A DNA stretch of 64,000 bases, from the IMG/VR virus record IMGVR_UViG_3300044980_000048, positions 2,709 through 66,708 of that record; one strand, written 5' to 3'. Under the pieces are notes generated by a model that saw nothing but the letters and a program-made list of their open reading frames with translations, ran no database searches and was not told where the DNA came from. The DNA is from a virus. Each line of letters starts with the position of its first letter. The first letter of the stretch is position 1. Positions 9,513-19,019 of this stretch are shown piece by piece. The position numbers were made by a program, and so were the translations under genes.

Positions 9513-9722
9513 ATGAAGGCAAACTTAGAGTGGATAAATCGGGAATGGAATACATGGAAGCAAACTGGCCCCGGCAAAGCGCATACCCCTTACCACGCTT
9601 ATGATTTACAAACGGAGTTCGAGCATACAGCAAAACTATTCGCGGCTCATTGCATGGATGCTTTAATGAAACAGGCCGCACCTACCGTATGCCGCGATAT
9701 AGACATTGACGACGGCGCTTAA
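9513..9722 (+). CDS. Hypothetical protein
   Basis: ATG after GGGGTG. Confidence 0.55.
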   Translation: MKANLEWINREWNTWKQTGPGKAHTPYHAYDLQTEFEHTAKLFAAHCMDALMKQAAPTVCRDIDIDDGA

Positions 9723-9885
9723 CCAACAATCAAATCAGGGATCAGTCGCCTAAACGTACACTGGATGACTCGGGGGCCTAAGTATTCTAGATTCTGCTTA
9801 GGAGTGATGACCGAAAACTAAAACTTGGGTGCGTGACAGGCGGGAGAGACCCCACAACGCTAGCAACTGTTCTGAAGGGTAATTT

Positions 9886-10281
9886 ATGAGCCAAGTCCCA
9901 TTCGCTACAAAGTCCGATGAAGATCATATCGTGTACCGGCTGCTTGATATGGGGTGGAGCATGAGTGAGATCAATGACGGCTTTGCACATCAGGCTAAGT
10001 CTAACGGCGATTTCACGGTCGATTCAGTCATTGCAGCCATGCGGGAATTGTCCAAAATTAAACACCAACCAAAGGAGAAGCCTATGCAGCCCCATCAAGA
10101 GCGAGTCGTTACCGAGAAAAAAGAACTGGACGAAAAAATCGACAAGCTATCGGTTTTTATCAAGGGGGATATTTACAAGGCTCTTCCGGGCGCAGAGCAG
10201 ATGCGGCTCAATGTCCAACTTCAGGCAATGAATGGCTATTCCAATGTTCTTGGCGAACGCATTGCTGCGTTTCCCAAATAA
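9886..10281 (+). CDS. Protein with C-terminal crAss001_48-like domain
   Basis: MQPHQERVVTEKKELDEKIDKL...QMRLNVQLQAMNGYSNVLGERI. Confidence 0.7.
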   Translation: MSQVPFATKSDEDHIVYRLLDMGWSMSEINDGFAHQAKSNGDFTVDSVIAAMRELSKIKHQPKEKPMQPHQERVVTEKKELDEKIDKLSVFIKGDIYKALPGAEQMRLNVQLQAMNGYSNVLGERIAAFPK

Positions 10282-10667
10282 CTGGTTCGGGAAATGAGCA
10301 TTGTACCTGTTTTTAAGCATAGAGGTTTTGAGGTTTACCTTAAAGATAAACTTACAGGAGAAGAGAAAATTGCATTAAGGGAATATCTTGATTACCTACG
10401 CGATGGTGAGTGCAATCCTTGCGAAGAAAAGATTATCTCGATAGCCGATACAACCAACAACTGAGTTAGATAACATATGACAAAATACACTATAGAACGC
10501 TATCGGAACGGTAAAAAACTTGGTGCTATGATCGTAGAAGCGGATACCGCCAAACAAGCGCTAGAAGAAAACAAAAAACATTTCCTTATCCACGATGAGG
10601 AACACAAAGATGATATTTGGGAAATTCAAGAGGACTTTTGTTAACGCTACTATATGTACAGTTTTAT

Positions 10668-10764
10668 GTCTGTCTCTAGCTTAGTAGCTGCATCTGGGCA
10701 CATTAAATCGTGTAGCCGGGTGAGTCTGCCGAATAGAACGAATAAGGCAGGTCTAGGGACAGAC
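10668..10764 (+). ncRNA. Candidate multibranch structured RNA
   Basis: 12-bp closing stem with two internal stems. Confidence 0.45.
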
Positions 10765-10792
10765 GCCAACCATATCGGGTTTCAGGAGTAGT

Positions 10793-10996
10793 ATGGGAAA
10801 GATAAAACCGATACCCAAAAAACAACTCGAACAAGAGTTTCAGGAATGCGTAAAAGCAGCCTGCGTATCTCTTGCCGAGATTTGCTATCAGCGTGTGATG
10901 CGGAATCCAGAGGAAGGGATGCGTTATCTATCAGACTTGGCCCGTTCACTAGACTGTAAACTCACTGCGGATATGAAACTCGATAAACCAAGATAA
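10793..10996 (+). CDS. Hypothetical protein
   Basis: AGGAG RBS. Confidence 0.6.
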   Translation: MGKIKPIPKKQLEQEFQECVKAACVSLAEICYQRVMRNPEEGMRYLSDLARSLDCKLTADMKLDKPR

Positions 10997-10999
10997 TAT

Positions 11000-11230
11000 A
11001 TGGAAAACAGAATCAATAATACGGTGATCGCTCCTGCCGCCATGATCCACAAAAGCGGTTACGGCAACACTTGCAAATGCAGAGCGAAGCGGGCCTATAG
11101 CGAAGACTTTGATGCTTATTATTGCCCGAAGTGCAACTGGTGGCTTGAGCCTCAGTGTAAAGATGAAAAATGCCTTTTTTGTGCGGTACGGCCTAAAAGA
11201 CCGCCAAGACTAAACCCAAAGGGAGTGTGA
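11000..11230 (+). CDS. Cys-rich zinc-binding protein
   Basis: DAYYCPKCNWWLEPQCKDEKCLFC. Confidence 0.65.
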   Translation: MENRINNTVIAPAAMIHKSGYGNTCKCRAKRAYSEDFDAYYCPKCNWWLEPQCKDEKCLFCAVRPKRPPRLNPKGV

Positions 11231-11231
11231 T

Positions 11232-11570
11232 ATGCCAGAATCACCCAATAAGCTGTTGGGATGCCCTTTCTGTGGAGAAGGCAGAAGCCAAGTATCGCTA
11301 TATCAGGATGATTACGATCTCTGGACGGTCGGATGCGGCGCTTGCGGGAGTCACAGCGGGAAGGGCAAGAATAAGACCGCTATCGTAAACCTGTGGAATC
11401 GCCGTCACGATCAACAGCACAAGCATTCTGATGCTGTCATGCCTCCACAGACAGAAGAGGCCCGTAATAATTTCGTGAATTTTGTTGGAGGAGGTTGCGG
11501 TATAACTACTAAGACTAGCGTTGTGAAAGAGGAAGAAGACAAGAACCCTACGCCTTGGATGGAAATATAA
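11232..11570 (+). CDS. Lar-family (restriction alleviation-like) zinc protein
   Basis: LLGCPFCG...CGACG...AIVNLWNRR. Confidence 0.7.
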   Translation: MPESPNKLLGCPFCGEGRSQVSLYQDDYDLWTVGCGACGSHSGKGKNKTAIVNLWNRRHDQQHKHSDAVMPPQTEEARNNFVNFVGGGCGITTKTSVVKEEEDKNPTPWMEI

Positions 11571-11875
11571 TGTACGGATTTGTGGTTATGGCTTGGCTAT
11601 TAACTCCTAATTATATAGCTCCATTCTCTTCTATGGAAATCTGCAATTCTGCTAAAATAGAATATGAAAAAATTACAATGAACAGTGCGATATGTGTGAG
11701 GGCAAAATGAGTGCCTATGATACTATATTGCCGTGGAATGTATTTAGTGTAGATTATATAAAATCCTTCGTATGGAAAAGACAACAAACTCCCATGACGG
11801 CTATATGCCTTATTATAAAATGTGTTCCCGTTCCACCAGAGTTACCTTATCTTGGTGGATAACCCATCTGAGCGT

Positions 11876-11974
11876 TCAGTGAATCTTGCTGAGTAGGAAC
11901 ACAGTCAGTGAATAACCGAGCGTAGCGCCGATGCCCCAGAGAAACGCATCGAAAACCTTCATTATTAAGTCCAT
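11876..11974 (-). CDS. 32-aa single-TM peptide, last gene of the late unit
   Basis: MDLIMKVFDAFLWGIGATLGYSLTVFLLSKIH; TGATG coupling. Confidence 0.45.
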   Translation of the reverse strand: MDLIMKVFDAFLWGIGATLGYSLTVFLLSKIH

Positions 11975-12171
11975 CACTTTGTCTCCTTTTTATCTGGCGA
12001 TACCAGATCGGTTATGTGAGCCGCAAGCCATGTGTTCACCACAAGGATGTATCCCTGCGTTTCGGCGTCAATCGTGATGCCGTAGTGACTCGCCACGGAC
12101 ATTGCCGCCTTGGAAAGTATCCCGGCAGCAGCACCGATCAGCAGGTTTTTATCGGGCAACAAGTTTGTCAT
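11974..12171 (-). CDS. Holin-like two-TM membrane protein
   Basis: Two hydrophobic segments, charged C-terminus, lysis region. Confidence 0.5.
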   Translation of the reverse strand: MTNLLPDKNLLIGAAAGILSKAAMSVASHYGITIDAETQGYILVVNTWLAAHITDLVSPDKKETK

Positions 12172-12811
12172 TTTCCGCATCCTCTAAAAGTTGGCATGAA
12201 ACCATAACGGCTTGTATAGCATGAATATCCTTATCCGGCACAAGGTTTCCTGCGATAGGCTCTGAGCCTATCTGCATCAAAGCACGCGGATGCGAGGCCC
12301 ATGAGGGTAATTCCAGAACTATGTCCGAGTCGCCTTCAGGATCGGTATTGCGCGTCAGGGTGAAATCCTTAATGGGTTCCAGCAGGTCTATAGTCTTCTG
12401 CGTACAGGAACGGGGAGGCTCAAATCCGGTAATGGCGAGCCTCCAGCCGGGGAATCCGTCATGTAAGAGCAATCCGGCCTGATAGATGCCCCTAGGGCAT
12501 GAAAGGCTATGCAGTATGAAGCGTATTGGCTTTATCTGGGGAAGATATGGGTGCAGAGCGTTGTTGAAGTCATCAGCACCTAGGCTAAAGCCGTATGGAA
12601 TGGTTCCAAGTACTGGATGCTCAATCGGCAGTAGGGATTCGGCATCACGCCACCAATCCTGTTTTGTGCGACTTCCCGGCATGACAACAAGAAATTCATC
12701 GGGAGTGTCTTTTAATAGACCGTCAACGCCGCTTATAGATAGTTTCTTATCGAATTTCTCAGGACGGTAATAGCAATCGTACTGCCATTCTGCGGCGCGG
12801 GTTAATTTCAT
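12149..12811 (-). CDS. Lipase class 3-like alpha/beta hydrolase
   Basis: VVMPGS...DWWRD...GF...ILHSLS...TGFEPPR...DIVLELP...H. Confidence 0.7.
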   Translation of the reverse strand: MKLTRAAEWQYDCYYRPEKFDKKLSISGVDGLLKDTPDEFLVVMPGSRTKQDWWRDAESLLPIEHPVLGTIPYGFSLGADDFNNALHPYLPQIKPIRFILHSLSCPRGIYQAGLLLHDGFPGWRLAITGFEPPRSCTQKTIDLLEPIKDFTLTRNTDPEGDSDIVLELPSWASHPRALMQIGSEPIAGNLVPDKDIHAIQAVMVSCQLLEDAENDKLVAR

Positions 12812-12915
12812 GTGGCCCACGTAAAGCTAAAAATGCACGGCTCTTTATCATCAAGGCACTCAATGCCGCTGCCAGAGCAACCCGACAGCAGCAATGATAG
12901 CAGAAGCCAGCGCAT
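12808..12915 (-). CDS. 35-aa lipoprotein (below track cutoff)
   Basis: MRWLLLSLLLSGC lipobox; TAATG and ATGA coupling on both sides. Confidence 0.6.
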   Translation of the reverse strand: MRWLLLSLLLSGCSGSGIECLDDKEPCIFSFTWAT

Positions 12916-13146
12916 TACGGAGCGGTGGTAGGCGCGGGCGTCGGCGCAGGGGTAGAAACGGGCGGTTCGTCCACCTGTCCCTGAATGTCGGTAATGCCAG
13001 CCTGAACAGCAGCGATTGCCGTAAGTACGGGGGTGAAGTCTACCACGGGAGCCGGAATAACCGGAGGTGTGGAAACGGCGGCAAGGATCGCGTCAACTTT
13101 CTGTTCGAGATTCATAAGGAGCCTTTCTATTCGTCTGAGGTTCATA
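12915..13146 (-). CDS. Hypothetical Pro-rich protein
   Basis: ATG at 13146 directly after the upstream stop (alternative ATG at 13116). Confidence 0.55.
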
Positions 13147-13422
13147 TTAAGCGGCGGGAGGGGTGATTGTCGGCAGATGCGCCACAAGCTTTGCCTTGAG
13201 GAATGATGCCACCAGATTGATGAAAACAGCCTGCGCAGGCGCATCAAGCGTGAGAACCTGAAGCTGCACGTTCTTCGCGGCCTGAAGCACCGTGAGGAAG
13301 TTCACGGAAGGCGATTCGAGCGTAGTGAGAAAATTCACCAGCGTAGGCCCGACAACGGCAAGTTCTGCGTCCGTGATCTGCTGGCCAAGGCTAGGCGTAG
13401 TGACGTTTGTTGCTGTACCCAT
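13147..13422 (-). CDS. Hypothetical protein
   Basis: AGGAG RBS before MGTATNV. Confidence 0.6.
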   Translation of the reverse strand: MGTATNVTTPSLGQQITDAELAVVGPTLVNFLTTLESPSVNFLTVLQAAKNVQLQVLTLDAPAQAVFINLVASFLKAKLVAHLPTITPPAA

Positions 13423-13438
13423 TGGTTTTACTCCTATG

Positions 13439-13636
13439 TTAAACTGTAATATCTTTGCTAATTTCCACACCGTCTGAATCCTCCATATCGTCCGTGAGTT
13501 TTACGGTTTCGTCGGGATTCCCCGGCTTGGCGGTAATTTTAACATTACCAACAGGCTCAAGCGGCTTCGGCTCTCCTGCCATATCGCTTGCAGTGGTATC
13601 CGGCGCGAGGGTGATAATTTTTACTGAGTCCGTCAT
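13439..13636 (-). CDS. Hypothetical acidic protein
   Basis: ATGA-coupled to endolysin, GGAGG RBS. Confidence 0.55.
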   Translation of the reverse strand: MTDSVKIITLAPDTTASDMAGEPKPLEPVGNVKITAKPGNPDETVKLTDDMEDSDGVEISKDITV

Positions 13637-14085
13637 GTGGTAATTCCTCCTGCATCCTTATAAGCTGCTAGTAATGTAGCATATTTTTGTGTGGTCTGTC
13701 CATACTCCGATGAAGGGAAGCTTGCCCACCTGCTTGAACACTTTGCCACCGCAGTCTGTAAATCACCCGCCTTGATGTCTCCTATTGCATTACATTCAAG
13801 TATCATCTGGATAGCGGTAGCATCCTGAGAATTATGGCCGAAATCAGGCAGACTAAGCTGAGTTTTATAAGCGTCATAATAACGCTCCAATATCTGATAA
13901 CGTCCTGCGGCTGTTGAATATAATCCGTTACCTAAATTAACAACTATGCGCGGGTGATCGGCATATCCATAGAAAGTAGTTCCGCCAACTAAAACATCAT
14001 ACCCATCGTCTTGTGTTTCAGGACAGGTTTTCGTCCCTTCTGATACCGCTATCATTGAGAGAAACGCCGATATATTCAATGTCAT
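13633..14085 (-). CDS. Endolysin, lambda R-like lytic transglycosylase
   Basis: AFLSMIAVSEGT, YDVLVGG, HPR, STAAGRYQIL, WASFP. Confidence 0.9.
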   Translation of the reverse strand: MTLNISAFLSMIAVSEGTKTCPETQDDGYDVLVGGTTFYGYADHPRIVVNLGNGLYSTAAGRYQILERYYDAYKTQLSLPDFGHNSQDATAIQMILECNAIGDIKAGDLQTAVAKCSSRWASFPSSEYGQTTQKYATLLAAYKDAGGITT

Positions 14086-14465
14086 TTATGAAACCACCCT
14101 ATCGCCGCCATGATGCAGCCGCCTATGAAAGTGCCAAATATGCCTGAAGCCGCGACCGCTCCTTTACCCTTGTTCTTCGTGTCGTAAAGGTCATCAATCT
14201 TTGGCTCTGCATCTTTTTTCCATGTCATAAGTTCAAGCAAAGCCTGATGATGTAGGGTATCGTCCTTAATGTGCGCCTCCATGGATGCAGCAGCATCCTT
14301 GCTATCCTGCCTCATTTCCGCAAACACCTTGAGGAATTCAGCCCTGCTTGCGGCAGCAGATACATTCTGGTCATTTAATGTGCGCGTAAGGCCGTCCACC
14401 ACTCCGATGAGCTTGCCAAGCGCAAGTGCAATAGATTCAGGTGCGTCAGTCATATTATTGTTCAC
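14082..14465 (-). CDS. Putative holin/antiholin (coiled coil plus C-terminal TM)
   Basis: C-terminal hydrophobic helix, directly upstream of endolysin. Confidence 0.55.
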   Translation of the reverse strand: MNNNMTDAPESIALALGKLIGVVDGLTRTLNDQNVSAAASRAEFLKVFAEMRQDSKDAAASMEAHIKDDTLHHQALLELMTWKKDAEPKIDDLYDTKNKGKGAVAASGIFGTFIGGCIMAAIGWFHK

Positions 14466-14523
14466 CCCTGCAACCTTCTTTCACATAAAACATAAAAAGT
14501 CCGTTGTTAACCAGATTCGTTGT

Positions 14524-14970
14524 TCATTGTGTAAACATAGCGTAGCAGGTGAATGGAGTGGTGATCGTATTACCAATGGCAATTTGCAGAATATCACCCG
14601 GCCCCAGAAGTATAAAGGCATTTCCATTACTATCCGTAGGTAAGCCCACAAATGGCGGTACGGGACCGAAGCTTGCATTAAGCAAAACATTAGGAATAGG
14701 AACGCTGTTACCCCCTGCGCCCGATTCACCCTGAATACCGCAAGTAGATATATTATATGCTGTACCGTTTCTGAGTATCCATAAGGATGCCGCAACGGCA
14801 GTCACCTGACCTGCGTTGTTAAGAACGGTAACGCTATTCACCTTTGCGCCGGTAGGACCGACTACAAACGGCTGTCCATTTGGGCCTAGAAAGGACTGAG
14901 GAATACCAGTGAGAGCCTGACTCCCGATAATTACCAAGCCGACTTGTGCTGATAAACTGCTATCAAACAT
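14524..14970 (-). CDS. Virion/tail-associated beta protein
   Basis: AGGAG RBS before MFDSSL; beta-rich; fibre region. Confidence 0.55.
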   Translation of the reverse strand: MFDSSLSAQVGLVIIGSQALTGIPQSFLGPNGQPFVVGPTGAKVNSVTVLNNAGQVTAVAASLWILRNGTAYNISTCGIQGESGAGGNSVPIPNVLLNASFGPVPPFVGLPTDSNGNAFILLGPGDILQIAIGNTITTPFTCYAMFTQ

Positions 14971-14980
14971 ATTTTTTCTC

Positions 14981-16201
14981 CTAATTCGTAATGTTACCGG
15001 CAGTGGTGTTCTGCCAGACGTTAACGGTATAAACGCGTAATTCCTGTGAAGGTCCGGATGCAAAACCGGGATTGAGCAAAAGCTGAAAATGCCGGAAATC
15101 AGCAACCCCGTAAGTCCACGGAGTTGATGATGTTGGCGGTGGGGATTGGTTTTCATATTGCGTGTATGTGACGGGCAGTTGCGGCGCAGGAGCAGGCGTC
15201 ACAAACGGATTGCCGACAATCGGTATATCGTCGAGATAAAACTGGAACGATCCAAGCGCTGAAACCGTCGCCATTACTGTAGTTGTATTATCGGGGGCTG
15301 TTGTGAAACTCAGGGTCCACGCCCCAGTGGTATAATTAATCGTACCGCTGATGCCTGTGCCGGAAAGAACGCCGGAACCGTTATCTGTCCATGTCACAGG
15401 ACTTCCGCTTATAATAGCGGTGCCCGCAAAGACGCCCGCTACAACTGCACGATTAATAGTCCCGCTGAAAGTTTCAGTGCTTCCATCGCCAATTATTATT
15501 GCCTGTACGCAAGGCAACCATAGACATCCGTACCTATGTGGAAGCGTCCAATCCGTATAAGCCTTGCCATCAGTCCCCAAAGGACCGTTTGACATGTTCT
15601 GGAAGAATCCAGTAGGAAGATCGTTTACACCAAAATTTCCATACCAATCGTGCAACGTCGAGGTATAGGTATTAAAAGCCGGTAGGTTTTCTTTTGGCAA
15701 ATCCCACTCGAATATATCACATTCAACCCAGTGCCAGAAATTTGCAGGCTGTCCAATCCATTGCTGGTTAAGCGAGTTAAACTGACCATTAAGATTGCAC
15801 ATATGCTCAGTAGCGTTGAGCCACCAAGCAGGCCAACTTCCACCGCTTGCAGATTGCATGGCGGTTAATGGATTAAAGGATAAAGTAGCCTCGAAATACC
15901 CGCCGCCGCTGAAAGACGTGCCGACATAACCGGGCGATGTACTGAGTTGTCCCACAGAGCCAAATCCATTGGCTGTAGTCAGCGTCATGGAGCCGTCTGA
16001 ATTAAATGTGATACCGTTATTCGATCCGGGGTTTCCGAAGAAATTAAACGCATACATCTTGAATCCGGATGCGTATGTTAAGTTGACATCAACATTTGCC
16101 GCCGAGAAATTCCGGTTCATGGAGAAGGTATTAAGATCATATCCGGTAGCTTTTGCAGCAGCAGGCTGTACTGATCCTCCGAATCTTGGATTCCTGATCA
16201 T
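14981..16201 (-). CDS. Receptor-binding protein with GH16/ConA-like fold
   Basis: GGYFEA, WPAWW, ECDIFE (GH16 ExDxxE), HRYGCLW. Confidence 0.7.
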   Translation of the reverse strand: MIRNPRFGGSVQPAAAKATGYDLNTFSMNRNFSAANVDVNLTYASGFKMYAFNFFGNPGSNNGITFNSDGSMTLTTANGFGSVGQLSTSPGYVGTSFSGGGYFEATLSFNPLTAMQSASGGSWPAWWLNATEHMCNLNGQFNSLNQQWIGQPANFWHWVECDIFEWDLPKENLPAFNTYTSTLHDWYGNFGVNDLPTGFFQNMSNGPLGTDGKAYTDWTLPHRYGCLWLPCVQAIIIGDGSTETFSGTINRAVVAGVFAGTAIISGSPVTWTDNGSGVLSGTGISGTINYTTGAWTLSFTTAPDNTTTVMATVSALGSFQFYLDDIPIVGNPFVTPAPAPQLPVTYTQYENQSPPPTSSTPWTYGVADFRHFQLLLNPGFASGPSQELRVYTVNVWQNTTAGNITN

Positions 16202-16977
16202 GCGCCGCTCACATAGAAATTACCGTTTCCATCAGTGACAACCATGGCTAAATCTGCACCTTGAGCCTTTGTAGTGCTTGATCCTGTCGTGCCGTTCTTG
16301 GTAATCTGATCCGGGCTGGTAAGGGCGATAGTCGCTATGCCATCTACGGAAAACACATAAATTCTTCCATTAGGAGAAAGCGTCGTGCTCAGAGGCAACG
16401 TGAGAGTTTCATTTCCAGAGATGAGACAGAAAGCATTTCCCGCAGTAAAGTCCTGTTGTGTCACCGCCGTTGCGCCAGTGACCAGAATCGTATCGGAAAC
16501 AGGCACCGAATAAATAAACTGCACGCCATCATAGTAAAGCCAAGCCGGGCCTTTTACGATCTCGCCGCCAACCAATGTCAGGATATTACCGTAGGCATCA
16601 ATAACCTTGATGGGTTTTGCTGCCAACGCGCCGACGACATAATTAGCCGCGCCGGGGTTGGCTTGCGGAAAATCCACATAGAAAACCTGACCTGCGTGGA
16701 GTCCCGTGGGTAACGCCTGAATAGCGGCGGCGGCTGACGTAAAAACACCGGGGGAGCCTGCCGCAAAGGTAGTAACTCCGGTCGTATAAATGGGGCTGGT
16801 AACAACTTTTGCTATAAGTTTATTGATGACGCCTATGCTAGTGCCGCCACTAGTAGGAATGACGGTCTGGTAATCAGTACCACTTACTCCACCATTTCTT
16901 ATGGTTGGTATTTTATCAGTTGCAGAATTATAATTTCCACCATCAGGCAGAGTGCTCAATTTTTGTATATTTCCCAT
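16198..16977 (-). CDS. Tail fibre-related protein
   Basis: G/T-rich beta repeats; probable start MGNIQ. Confidence 0.6.
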   Translation of the reverse strand: MGNIQKLSTLPDGGNYNSATDKIPTIRNGGVSGTDYQTVIPTSGGTSIGVINKLIAKVVTSPIYTTGVTTFAAGSPGVFTSAAAAIQALPTGLHAGQVFYVDFPQANPGAANYVVGALAAKPIKVIDAYGNILTLVGGEIVKGPAWLYYDGVQFIYSVPVSDTILVTGATAVTQQDFTAGNAFCLISGNETLTLPLSTTLSPNGRIYVFSVDGIATIALTSPDQITKNGTTGSSTTKAQGADLAMVVTDGNGNFYVSGA

Positions 16978-16991
16978 ACATTTCCCATACA

Positions 16992-17684
16992 TTATATAAA
17001 CGGATATGCCTGCACTGGCGGATTTGACTGAAGCTTTGTGCCGTTTATGGAAATGCCATAATGATTCGGTCCCCACTCAGGTTCACCCGCGCTATTACCA
17101 AGCAAAGGCAAATAGGCCACTATTGAGGCTGGTTCTATTTTTAAAGGAGATTGCCCTTTAACAAGAGAATTAATTTCATTGGTTGTTAGAAACTTATTAT
17201 TCCAGAAGGTAAATTGAGAAAGAATCCCGCTTAATCCACGGTCGCTTGCTGACCTATTACCAATATAAACATTAATTCCGGCGGTTCCCTGAATAGTACC
17301 AACAGGAGGCGTCAGAGTTATTGTCGTTCCCTGAACTCCATCAATCCAAAAAGTCGGGACATTAGAAGTGCTAGATTGATCATATTCTACGATAACAGTA
17401 TGCCAAGAATTAGTCGAAGGAGCGGAATTGGCCGTAAATACTCCTGCTGTCGTAGAGAACGGCGCTTGAATCTCCATAAGACTTGTCGCAGAAATTTCCA
17501 ATAAATTAGCATTTGCTGTCCCGCTCACTCCGCCACCATCAAAAATTCTAGGGGCAGTCCCGATTGCAAAATTATTACTCCAAAACCAACAGAAAAATGT
17601 ATATTTTGTTGGCCATGGAAAACCATTTAATACCAAATCATCGCTGGTACTCACGCCATAGGTTGCACCAAATCCTCTCGCCAT
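16992..17684 (-). CDS. LamG/ConA-like jelly-roll virion protein
   Basis: TFFCWF, WHTVIVEYD, WIDGVQ, YIGNR, LTTNEINSL. Confidence 0.75.
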   Translation of the reverse strand: MARGFGATYGVSTSDDLVLNGFPWPTKYTFFCWFWSNNFAIGTAPRIFDGGGVSGTANANLLEISATSLMEIQAPFSTTAGVFTANSAPSTNSWHTVIVEYDQSSTSNVPTFWIDGVQGTTITLTPPVGTIQGTAGINVYIGNRSASDRGLSGILSQFTFWNNKFLTTNEINSLVKGQSPLKIEPASIVAYLPLLGNSAGEPEWGPNHYGISINGTKLQSNPPVQAYPFI

Positions 17685-18223
17685 TACTCAATCACCTCCA
17701 TCCAGCGCGTCATGAGAATCTGCGCAAGAGTCCAGTTGGTGTGATTGAAGGTAACGGCGACGACAGAAACACCATCGGCGGTTGGAACGCCAGATAAGGT
17801 GGTTTTAGAAATAATATACTGATCGGCGGTCCAAGAATTAAGCGTAACCTGAGTATCGCCCGTAAGTGTCGCGGCGGATGGCGATGCCCCACTGCCAACT
17901 ACGGCATCCGATACGGTATATTGCGCTTCATTGGAGCCTGTATAATTGGCAAGAGCATAGCTGACCAACTTAAGTGTTCCTGCCGGTATATTGGGTGGAA
18001 GCTGGAAGCGCATCTGCAAAACAACATCGGCACCAAGAGAAGCAACAACTCCCCAACCAGCATCATAAGCGGAAGCATTGCCACCAGAGCCTGCGTAAAC
18101 ATAGGGGAAGAGATTACCAGAGGTATCGGTGGTATAAGTGCTGGCGGGGAGAGCTATCCATGTGCTTTTTCCTATGCTCGTTCCGCCACTACCACTGTTG
18201 GATGTTGCCTTTAATACCGACAT
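17684..18223 (-). CDS. Virion protein
   Basis: Probable start MSVLKAT after the upstream stop. Confidence 0.55.
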   Translation of the reverse strand: MSVLKATSNSGSGGTSIGKSTWIALPASTYTTDTSGNLFPYVYAGSGGNASAYDAGWGVVASLGADVVLQMRFQLPPNIPAGTLKLVSYALANYTGSNEAQYTVSDAVVGSGASPSAATLTGDTQVTLNSWTADQYIISKTTLSGVPTADGVSVVAVTFNHTNWTLAQILMTRWMEVIE

Positions 18224-18225
18224 GC

Positions 18226-18549
18226 TTAAACTCCTTGTCCGGCAGTGAAATAAAGTTGTGAGGTTCCAGTAGATGTAATAGCCGCACATGAGAAATTTGC
18301 CTGCCCTTTAGCAAGAATCATAATCGCACCGCTTAATACGGGTGTTGCTCCTAATGTTCCTGTCGTAGAGGGCACAACGGCTGTAGCTGTCGTAGTGGCG
18401 AATGCAACAAAGGCGGTGTTAGAGCCAGCATTAGAAATCATGACATCAGGGGCTTCGCCTGATTGTGGGAGATTAAAATTTACCGAAAGTGATGATGTGC
18501 TTGAATTTAACGGAATAGTTTCAAGTGGATTAAAATTAGGGGTTGACAT
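18226..18549 (-). CDS. Small Ser/Thr-rich virion protein
   Basis: GAGG RBS; ends LYFTAGQGV. Confidence 0.6.
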   Translation of the reverse strand: MSTPNFNPLETIPLNSSTSSLSVNFNLPQSGEAPDVMISNAGSNTAFVAFATTTATAVVPSTTGTLGATPVLSGAIMILAKGQANFSCAAITSTGTSQLYFTAGQGV

Positions 18550-18662
18550 GGTATTTCCTCAAATAGTTATTAAAGGTAGCGATATGGTTTTTACGACGGT
18601 CACAAGACGCATATTTCCGCTCGCATCCAGAACGGATTCGATAGACGTGACCTGAATATTGA

Positions 18663-19019
18663 TCATGCGGTTGGAACTTGCTGGACTGTGAGAGTTCCCT
18701 GAAGAAGATTCGTCACCAAACCAGTGCCGGAAGTCATTTGCAGGTTATAAAGTCCAATTCCCGGCGTGAGTGTGGCCGTGGTTCCTCCTGATACCGCTAT
18801 AGCGATAGAACCTGTAGTGCCGCCAAGCGTTATCCCGCTTCCACTACTGATAGCAATGAAAGAACTTGTGTCCGTGAGATTATAGACTGCATCAAGTGCA
18901 GCCGTGTATGCCGTCAAATCTATCGCGTTTCCGCTGGAATCAGTCCACGTAAAATTTTCAGTCCAGTCATAGCCTTGATAGATTATTGTATTATAAGGAG
19001 CGGGAAGGGTAGTCATCAA
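18663..19019 (-). CDS. Tail-associated protein (BppU-N-like)
   Basis: IYQGYDW...IDLTAYTA...YNLQM...LLQGTLTV. Confidence 0.65.
   Translation of the reverse strand: MMTTLPAPYNTIIYQGYDWTENFTWTDSSGNAIDLTAYTAALDAVYNLTDTSSFIAISSGSGITLGGTTGSIAIAVSGGTTATLTPGIGLYNLQMTSGTGLVTNLLQGTLTVQQVPTA

Noticed and set aside
9803-9820. Hammerhead-like TGATGA..GAAA
   Set aside because: It lacks the C of CUGAUGA and has only 2 nt where stem II should be.
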